DNA of 64,000 nucleotides from a virus (Duplodnaviria; Heunggongvirae; Uroviricota; Caudoviricetes): IMG/VR virus record IMGVR_UViG_3300014598_000002; one strand, 5' to 3'. Shown piece by piece: positions 57,240 to 64,000 of this stretch (position 1 is its first letter; each line of letters starts with the position of its first letter). The notes under the pieces were generated by a model. It saw only the letters and a program-made list of their open reading frames with translations, ran no database searches and was not told where the DNA came from. The position numbers and the translations under genes were made by a program.

Positions 57240-57850
57240 CCGTTGCGTTATACTGGACGTCTAAACAAGTTGTTTTCATGCACAAGAAAACAAGTTAACC
57301 ACACCCACAGGAAACTCAGAGACGCCATTAGCCGCAATCCCGGAAACACCCACCTCTTCCTGTCAGGCTACCGAAAAGACCCACCTCTTTGCCACAGGCT
57401 ACAGACCACCCACCTAATCTTCCCAGGCTACCGAGAACGCAGCTCGCGCACGCAAACCCCTACACGCCATTACCCAATACACGGAGAAGAACAGCCAGAA
57501 CGAAACCCCGGACAAACCCAGACTAGAACAGGAACCGTCGCCATCTCGTTTACCCACCATTACCCCGAAAGAGAGCGCAAATTCCTGAATAGCAGGGAAC
57601 GCCATTACTTCATATGCGGACAACAACAAAAGCGCCCTAATGCCATTACCCACACTTCCATCATTTCACGTAAACGAAGAGAAAAGCGCACCTGCCATTA
57701 CTCCATACACGGAGAAGAACACTCACCAAAACGACGATAACAACCCAGACGAAAACACAGAGAAAAACCGCCTCAAGAACAACGAAACCACATACGCCGG
57801 TAGAGAGAACAAACCACCCATTTCACCCAAAGGAATACTCGCCGTATAGA
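57240..57850. repeat. non-coding, strongly strand-skewed (C/A-rich, G-poor on +) region with about 32-nt direct repeats (ACCCACCTCTT-N6-CAGGCTACCGA x3; GCCATTAC-N5-ACACGGAGAAGAACA x2)
   Basis: Repeats at 57347-57445, 57466-57495 and 57683-57712. The 165-aa track ORF here is composition-driven and probably spurious. Confidence 0.5.
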
Positions 57851-57989
57851 GCGTTATCAGGGGGAAGGTTTGCACGTCCACAGGAGAGAAAATCCGTAGA
57901 GATTTAACTGGAGGTATAAGTGGGAAGAGGGAGAGGGGTATCGCTACTTTCTCCGTAGAAATTCAAGCCATAGTTTTCATCCCTCGTAA

Positions 57990-58200
57990 TGTCTCTCTCC
58001 ACCCCTTCGGTCAACCTTCGGGCCATCCAGGGAAAAGGCCATGTCCCTTTTCAGGAACGAGGCATAGCCGTAGGGAAAAGGCTGGAGGTTTTCAGGGAAA
58101 CGGTGGGAATCCCGCTATACGAACCGAGAAAAGGCTGGCTGCCGGTCGGGAAACGGGTACATCCCGGTTCAGAGCGAGGGACGGCTGCGGGAGTATGCCT
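57990..58200. repeat. array of GGGAAA(A/C)GG(C/T) short repeats (at least 5 copies), G/A-rich on + strand
   Basis: cagggaaaaggcc, tagggaaaaggctgg, cagggaaacggtggg, gagaaaaggctgg, cgggaaacgggta. A related cluster lies at 61300-61375. Confidence 0.5.
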
Positions 58201-58343
58201 TTTCCTCATTCACCTGAAGAGTGCGGGAATTGGTGAATCCCGCAGTTGAGCGTTGAGACCAGATCAGCTTCGCACGCTCATATCGGGAAGCCAGATCTAG
58301 TGTAAAGGGTTACGGGTTTTGGTGGTGAAATCGCCGAGGACGT

Positions 58344-58586
58344 TTATTCGAAAATCTCACTGCCCTGATTCGCATCGTCCCTGTTGTCCCACAAATCATC
58401 GAGCGCCTCTTCTCTTGTCCCGAAGGGGCCGGAGACGACAGGTGCGTTTGAACTGGTATCGTCCAGCTCTGTGTAAATCTGACCGTTAACCAAAATGACG
58501 CGTCCGACAGCGATGCCGCCATGTAGCAACTCGCCTCTCTCGGCGTCGATGCTGAAGTACCCGTCTGTGTAGTCTTTAGTGCTCAT
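58344..58586 (-). CDS. hypothetical small protein
   Basis: ATG with an AGAGGG RBS on the minus strand. Confidence 0.4.
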   Translation of the reverse strand: MSTKDYTDGYFSIDAERGELLHGGIAVGRVILVNGQIYTELDDTSSNAPVVSGPFGTREEALDDLWDNRDDANQGSEIFE

Positions 58587-58731
58587 CACATTCCCTCTGA
58601 GTTAGCCAGATACATACATAGCAATAAATCGGCACAAGCACATCAGCCTTTAAGGAATTCTTTTTCCCCGATTTCTTATTGCGATAATAACACCAACAAG
58701 AAAACAACATGTTTAGACAATGGAGAAACAC

Positions 58732-58953
58732 ATGTACAAGCATCTGAATATCAGCATCACCCTCTGTGGCGAGGAAGAGTCCCCCGAGTGTGAGATCTCC
58801 CTCGATGACGTCATCCGTTCCCAGGATGTTGCTGGTCGCGTGGCGACGCTCATCTCTGAAGGATATAGAGAAGGGACGTTTGATTTCCATATCGAGGACA
58901 ACCCAATGTCCGTCGCGTGGAACTGCACGACGTCAGAAACGAAGTTAGGGTGA
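58732..58953 (+). CDS. hypothetical small protein
   Basis: Motif B plus a GGAG RBS upstream. Confidence 0.45.
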   Translation: MYKHLNISITLCGEEESPECEISLDDVIRSQDVAGRVATLISEGYREGTFDFHIEDNPMSVAWNCTTSETKLG

Positions 58954-58957
58954 AGAG

Positions 58958-59176
58958 ATGATTAAGATGCCTGTGATGGTTGAGGTGTGGAGCGTGGATT
59001 CCTTGGCTGAGTGCCTGGATGCTGTGGGGCCGGAGTTGTACCGCAAGTTGTGGTCGTTCGTCCCGGCTGAAGGGGTATCACCCAAAGGGAAGGATATCTG
59101 GCATCTGCTCAGTGAAGATGAACAGCGGGAGCTGGTGGACGCGGTACACATCGAGTTCCCGGACGACGAAGATTAA
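58958..59176 (+). CDS. hypothetical small acidic protein
   Basis: 72 aa, translationally coupled to the upstream gene. Confidence 0.45.
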   Translation: MIKMPVMVEVWSVDSLAECLDAVGPELYRKLWSFVPAEGVSPKGKDIWHLLSEDEQRELVDAVHIEFPDDED

Positions 59177-59316
59177 GCGTGAGGCCACCGTGCTGGTGGC
59201 TTTTTGCTGTTTGCAACCTCCGGGGCAGCGTAGCACCGTAACGCTATGCTTTGTAGCCGTTTTCTCGCTGGTATTATTTACACCAACAAGAAAACAAGTT
59301 GTTTACGGAGTGAATT

Positions 59317-59628
59317 ATGAAGAACGCGATGATCACCAAACTGAGCGCGGGCCAGCCACGTAAAGAAAAACCAACCGTAATGAGCCAACTGACCCTGCTC
59401 GATATCATCGCCAACGGCACTGCCATTCGCCTGTTCAAAGAGACGCTGGTCTCGTTCGACAATGGTTCCCGCACGCGTTACGTAATGAGTGTGCGTCGCC
59501 AGAGTGGAAGAGGGTGGATGGCAAAACAGATCATCTGGCCAGAAGGAGAGCTGGAACAGGCGCTACTGGAGGCGAACAAAGTAGCCCAGCAAGAAATCCA
59601 GCGTGCCTCTCTCCTGGCGACAGCCTGA
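59317..59628 (+). CDS. hypothetical protein
   Basis: Motif B plus a GGAG RBS upstream. Confidence 0.5.
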   Translation: MKNAMITKLSAGQPRKEKPTVMSQLTLLDIIANGTAIRLFKETLVSFDNGSRTRYVMSVRRQSGRGWMAKQIIWPEGELEQALLEANKVAQQEIQRASLLATA

Positions 59629-59756
59629 CATGTGCAAAAGCGATTAGTCGTCCCTACGACAGCCCCGTCCATCCTTCGGGGCTTTTTTGCTTACCTGTAT
59701 TGTAAGTACTTACCTATGGCAATAATATAATCAGGTCAACAACAGGGAGACCAAAA

Positions 59757-60152
59757 ATGACTGTAATTCGTGAAAACCTGGTTCTTGATTTGTACTATGC
59801 GTCAGAAACAACCTCAGGCGGAAAAGTTGCAAAACTGACCGCTATTCTGCGTGACAGCACGAACGGGACTGAAGTGCTCACCACCACCCTGATCCGCACC
59901 GGGACAGAAGAGGATTGGGTGTACACCGTAGGCTTCCAGAGCATCAGCGACGCATCCGAACCAATGCTGCTGAAACTGGAAACGTATTTCCGCGGCGTAG
60001 ACAAAGAGATGTTTGAGAAGATGATGGTGAAAGCAGACGAGCTGTACACCTCCTACTTGAACCCGAGCAACACCTGGCTTGGACAATACGGTCTGCGCAT
60101 CGTGTCCAACGAACCGGTTGAAAACTACATCCCGGAAAGCGTATTCGCTTAA
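59757..60152 (+). CDS. hypothetical protein
   Basis: Motif A upstream and a CAGGGAGA RBS. Confidence 0.5.
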   Translation: MTVIRENLVLDLYYASETTSGGKVAKLTAILRDSTNGTEVLTTTLIRTGTEEDWVYTVGFQSISDASEPMLLKLETYFRGVDKEMFEKMMVKADELYTSYLNPSNTWLGQYGLRIVSNEPVENYIPESVFA

Positions 60153-60278
60153 TCCCTCCAATGGCGCGTACCCCGCGCCATTTTCTTATTCCCGATAACA
60201 AAATGTTTTTTGCCTTATCCATATTGCGATAATTACACCAACAAGAAAACAAAATGTTTACGCATGGAGGATATGCAC

Positions 60279-60560
60279 ATGACCGATTTCACTATCTCCC
60301 CTAAAGCTGAAAACGTATGGCTGGAATCCTGGCTCGACCTGTCGCCGGAAGAACAGCAGGAAATGGATCACGTTGAACAGGACGAACAATATGATGCCCG
60401 CTTCTTCCGCTTTGAGGACAGCGTTTATGATATTGCCGACTTCATGCGCGATGACCGCTTCCCGGACTGGCACGCAGGCTACCCATTAAATGCCTTCGCC
60501 ATGCTGATGATCCGCGTGGATGGCTCCGGCGATACCATCGACGTCGGTCTGCTCCACTAA
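60279..60560 (+). CDS. hypothetical acidic protein
   Basis: Motif B plus a GGAGG RBS upstream. Start at the internal ATG. Confidence 0.5.
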   Translation: MTDFTISPKAENVWLESWLDLSPEEQQEMDHVEQDEQYDARFFRFEDSVYDIADFMRDDRFPDWHAGYPLNAFAMLMIRVDGSGDTIDVGLLH

Positions 60561-60765
60561 GAGAACGAGGCCACCCACGCCGGTGGCCTTAAATGACCAT
60601 CCTGTTTCCCGCAGGCTAAAAACACCCACCTCTTGTCGCCAGGCTACCGAACAACCCTCCGACTCCCTGCCGGCCACCAGCTGCCGGAACAGAACGCTTG
60701 GACGCCTTATGCGCGTAGCGATAATTAAACCAGCAAGAAAACAAGTTGTTTAAAGGATTATCACC

Positions 60766-61248
60766 ATGAACTTTATCGCTACTGTTAACACCCCTGCGCA
60801 TGGCCATATTTCTGTGACGTTCTCTGATAACGAGAAAAGCGTGCTGGGCGCCTGGCGTGACAATGTAACCATTGAGCTGTCCGGGAAAGAGAAACAGCAG
60901 ATCACCAATGACATTAACTGCAACCGTCGCCATAAACGCGTATTTGAAAAAGCGTATGTCTCCACTTCGGGATTTGGCGTATTCATCTTCCCGGTACGCA
61001 GCGGTCGCTTCTGCCAGTCAAAACTCATCGAGTTCGCCACGCAGATCGCGCTATGGGTTAAAACAGAATCCGGGTTCGACTTCAGCGAACAGGAAGCAGT
61101 GGGTGAGGGGATGCGTATCGCCAACAATGCCATCAAGTGCAAAAACGTCACCTACGAAGCAGGAATCGACTCGTGGAGTGTCTCGTGCGGGGAATACGTG
61201 AAAGAGGTGTACGGAAAGAACCGCATTCACATCCTGACTGGCAAGTAA
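60766..61248 (+). CDS. hypothetical protein
   Basis: Motif B plus an AAGGA RBS upstream. Confidence 0.5.
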   Translation: MNFIATVNTPAHGHISVTFSDNEKSVLGAWRDNVTIELSGKEKQQITNDINCNRRHKRVFEKAYVSTSGFGVFIFPVRSGRFCQSKLIEFATQIALWVKTESGFDFSEQEAVGEGMRIANNAIKCKNVTYEAGIDSWSVSCGEYVKEVYGKNRIHILTGK

Positions 61249-61865
61249 GAGGGGAGGGGCTGGAAACGCCCCTTTCTTTTCGTCCACCAGCTGCCGCAGG
61301 GATATTCAGAAACGGCCAGAGGGCTGTCCGGGGAACCGAAGGGAAACGGCCAGGGAATTTTCGGGAAACGGCTGGGTTTGCCTTTATGTAGAAAACAGAG
61401 CGGGAGAAGTCCAGAATCCTGCCAGAAAATATCGCAGGGGCGCTGGGGTAACGCTGGTGGAGTTTCAGCCCCTGAGCCATCCAGATAGCTTTCGCTATGT
61501 GATTATGTGAATCCATGGGTAAACCACTGCAAGCGCGTACACGTCGCGCCAACGTGCCAATGATACGCGAGCGCCCACGGATAGCGCCAACATTGCCGAC
61601 ACGTCCCGAAGGATAGCGCGGATCACGTCGCCAGCTATCGCCAGACGATCACGCCCACGACATGACAAAATAATCCACGCGCTAAAACGCTGTAAAACGC
61701 GCTATAACGTGTTTTTTTGTGGTTAATGGGTATATACCACCACACATAAAAACACGTTAAATTGGCGCATTTATGGCGCTTATTTTGGGTCTGTTTTGGC
61801 TGACTTCAGACAATAAAAAACGCGCCAACAATGGCGCGTTATGGTGTGCGGATCTTGAAACGAAA

Positions 61866-61892
61866 AAAGCGCCCATAGTGGGCGCTTTTGTT
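61866..61892 (+). terminator. hairpin AGCGCCCA-tag-TGGGCGCT + TTTTG. The same palindrome recurs at 62113-62133.
   Basis: Perfect 8-bp stem. The second copy sits between two minus-strand genes. Confidence 0.5.
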
Positions 61893-62095
61893 TAAATGCT
61901 GTTTTGCAGTTTTCCGATCATTTCAGACAAGCGCAAATATTCACGCTTGCGCTTACAGTCTCTTTTACTGTTAAGCAAATCAGAAAACGTAAAATTTAAT
62001 TTGTCACGTTGCGCTTTTAAGTCGTCGATTAATTCAAGTTTATAAGCGCGATATTTTGCGCGATATTCCGCGCGGATCTGGTCATAACTAATCAT
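61892..62095 (-). CDS. hypothetical small protein (AT-rich)
   Basis: 67 aa, K/R-rich. Confidence 0.4.
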   Translation of the reverse strand: MISYDQIRAEYRAKYRAYKLELIDDLKAQRDKLNFTFSDLLNSKRDCKRKREYLRLSEMIGKLQNSI

Positions 62096-62145
62096 GATTT
62101 TTATCCTTAAAACTAGCGCCCATAGTGGGCGCTATATCCATCTAA

Positions 62146-62796
62146 TTACGCTTTGAAAGCATCAGCCAGATAGTTATAAAAATCATTCTTGATAAAGCGA
62201 TATTGTTGCGATCCGTTTTTAGCAGCGCCCATTCCTTTGATTTTCTCGACCAGTCCGAGACGTTCACACAAATTGATAAGCTGATTGGCTTGAGTGTAGC
62301 CAGCGTCTAATTTAATCTCACATGCTTTTTTAGCTTCATTCATTAAATCGAATACAGCGCCATTTGTGAATGTCTCCATTTCATCATTAATCATTTCGAT
62401 TAATGCGAATACGCGAGATCCGGACATATCAGCGACGGAATAAACGCATTTACCAGACTTGATAGATTTAACCAGATAAACCAATTTTTCGAGTGAATAG
62501 CTATTGGTCATAGCTTCGCGGAAAAACACTTCTGGCGCTTGTTTGCTTGCTTTAATCGCGTAGTAAAAGACACCAGCTAATTTCTCATCATTAACAGCGT
62601 TTAAAACGTTGTTGGTGAAGTATGCAAGTTTGGTAGTCGCTGCAAGCATGTTAGCTTTATCTGCTTTTGTGTGCGTACCATTCTGATAATGATTGTTATA
62701 AGTCTGAGTAGCATTATTGGCTGCAACTTGTAATTCATTAGCGATAACTACAGCAGCGTCGATGATGGATTTTTTAGAGATGGCAACGTTAGACAT
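62146..62796 (-). CDS. hypothetical protein (AT-rich accessory gene)
   Basis: 216-aa ORF. Composition differs from the backbone. Confidence 0.5.
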   Translation of the reverse strand: MSNVAISKKSIIDAAVVIANELQVAANNATQTYNNHYQNGTHTKADKANMLAATTKLAYFTNNVLNAVNDEKLAGVFYYAIKASKQAPEVFFREAMTNSYSLEKLVYLVKSIKSGKCVYSVADMSGSRVFALIEMINDEMETFTNGAVFDLMNEAKKACEIKLDAGYTQANQLINLCERLGLVEKIKGMGAAKNGSQQYRFIKNDFYNYLADAFKA

Positions 62797-63119
62797 GATA
62801 TTAATCCTTATGTAATATTGATAACTTAATTTGTTATTTGTTTATCGTTAGCGTGTTCGCTTTCGATGTGACTAATTATCGATATACAGAAATTAAAATC
62901 AAGAGTTTTTTACACGGGAACGTAAAAAAATTTTCTTCAATAAAAATCAAAGTCTTAGAAATAAATCGCGTTTTCTCGAAGGTGTTGCCTAAATAAATTC
63001 CCTATTCGGTCATTCACCCTTATATATTTAAAATGGAATAGGGGTTAGGGGAAATAAATATAACGGGAAGTGACACATAAAATAATAACCGGACTTAGCC
63101 GGTTATTACCCTTATAGAT

Positions 63120-63647
63120 TTAAAACGGTAAAATCCGTTCGACCCAATCGAACATGACGACTGTCTTCCGACCGTCCCCCATGTTGAGCGTGACCTGGCA
63201 AGCGTCAACGCCTGAAGACACACCCTCAATTTCACGGCCATCCGCCATGTAGACCCTTATAGACTTCTGCATCTCATGAGCCTGGCGACAAATTTTGAAG
63301 AAATCACGGCGAGATGGCCGATTGTCCACATAGTCTGGGTGTACCGTTGTCCGACCCGTGAAATCGTGCGCAATGCCTTCTGTCACACCTGATTCAATCG
63401 TACTGATTCGCTCAAGTGGGAGCCTTATACGATTTTCTTTGTCGAACGGGGCAGGGCAAAGATCGACTTTGTTGCGCGACGACATGAGACCCTGAACGTA
63501 CATGCAGAACACCTGACCATCTTCCATCGTGACCCTTACAGGAATGAGAGACTTACGCCAGAACATCAGCGCCTTCTCCACGTTGGTGTAATCGCGCGGC
63601 CAGACTTCTGCAGGAATCCCGTAGGTGATGTCAGTAATATTCGTCAT
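63120..63647 (-). CDS. hypothetical protein
   Basis: Start set to the ATG 4 nt after the upstream stop; the track uses the overlapping GTG at 63683. Confidence 0.45.
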   Translation of the reverse strand: MTNITDITYGIPAEVWPRDYTNVEKALMFWRKSLIPVRVTMEDGQVFCMYVQGLMSSRNKVDLCPAPFDKENRIRLPLERISTIESGVTEGIAHDFTGRTTVHPDYVDNRPSRRDFFKICRQAHEMQKSIRVYMADGREIEGVSSGVDACQVTLNMGDGRKTVVMFDWVERILPF

Positions 63648-63651
63648 ATCG

Positions 63652-63930
63652 TCACAGTGTCGTTGGTAGGATATCGATGTCACCTGCGTTGCTGGTGAAC
63701 ACCCGGAAGACTTTCGTCTCGCCAGCTTTGGTGATGGTCTCGCGTTCCTGACGAGCAGGGTTCAGTGCGCACAGCCCGGCGCCTTCCAGTGAAGCGCCAA
63801 CAATCCATTGCCCGGCATCAAGATGAAACGTCGCTTTTTCACCGGTCTCAAGTTTCGCAACCGTCTCACCATTGATGAAGATGGATGCGTCACAGCCCGC
63901 ACCTATCATACCTTTGTCCCTCATAACCAC
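63652..63930 (-). CDS. hypothetical protein. Reading frame stays open upstream to the window edge, so it may be a partial gene.
   Basis: In-frame open sequence continues from 63930 to 64000 on the minus strand. Confidence 0.35.
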   Translation of the reverse strand: MVMRDKGMIGAGCDASIFINGETVAKLETGEKATFHLDAGQWIVGASLEGAGLCALNPARQERETITKAGETKVFRVFTSNAGDIDILPTTL

Positions 63931-64000
63931 CAGCGTGGTTGGTGCAGACGTCTGGTATTTGAAAACTCTGGCCTGCGGAGCCGGTTTTGCATCAGCTACA

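Noticed and set aside
57243-57740. 165-aa plus-strand ORF in the 57-58 kb region
   Set aside because: It lies in a G-depleted, C/A-rich repeat region. Stop codons are rare there simply because of composition, and the peptide is low-complexity (P/T/R/H-rich) with no RBS.

Overview
The window looks like a segment of an SSU5/pHCM2-like phage-plasmid, an inference from gene content alone with no database search. A P1/RepFIB-type RepA replicon, flanked by arrays of about 19-bp iterons (incA-like below the gene, oriR/incC-like above it with GATC clusters and DnaA-box-like sites), sits inside a large block of phage DNA-metabolism genes on the plus strand. That block contains: PhoH, NrdH-like glutaredoxin, CobT/CobS-like pair, DnaE-type Pol III alpha, gp32-like SSB, FEN/RNase H, RecA-like recombinase, SbcCD, RuvC-like resolvase, NrdAB, thymidylate synthase, DHFR, a DnaQ-like exonuclease, RNase HI, Dam-like MTase and an HD-domain (p)ppGpp-hydrolase-like protein. 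Mean GC is about 50-52%. Several AT-rich single-gene insertions have defense-like architectures: a HEPN-like protein (Rx4H motif), a DUF4238-like protein, a DUF4365-like nuclease-fold protein, a GTPase with a membrane-associated C-terminus, and a 689-aa P-loop NTPase with a C-terminal Mrr-like PD-(D/E)xK module. One tRNA-Asn(GTT) lies near the window start, next to a highly structured non-coding leader. Two recurrent sequence motifs are prominent. Motif A is a palindrome close to ATAGGTAAGTAnTTACCTAT, found in many intergenic regions. Motif B is ACACCAACAAGAAAACAAnTTGTTTA, found 15-35 nt upstream of many start codons. There is also a near-perfect LexA box directly upstream of a tyrosine recombinase, a compositionally skewed CA-rich repeat region, and arrays of GGGAAAMGG repeats. 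All functional calls rest on motifs visible in the translations. No database searches were run.
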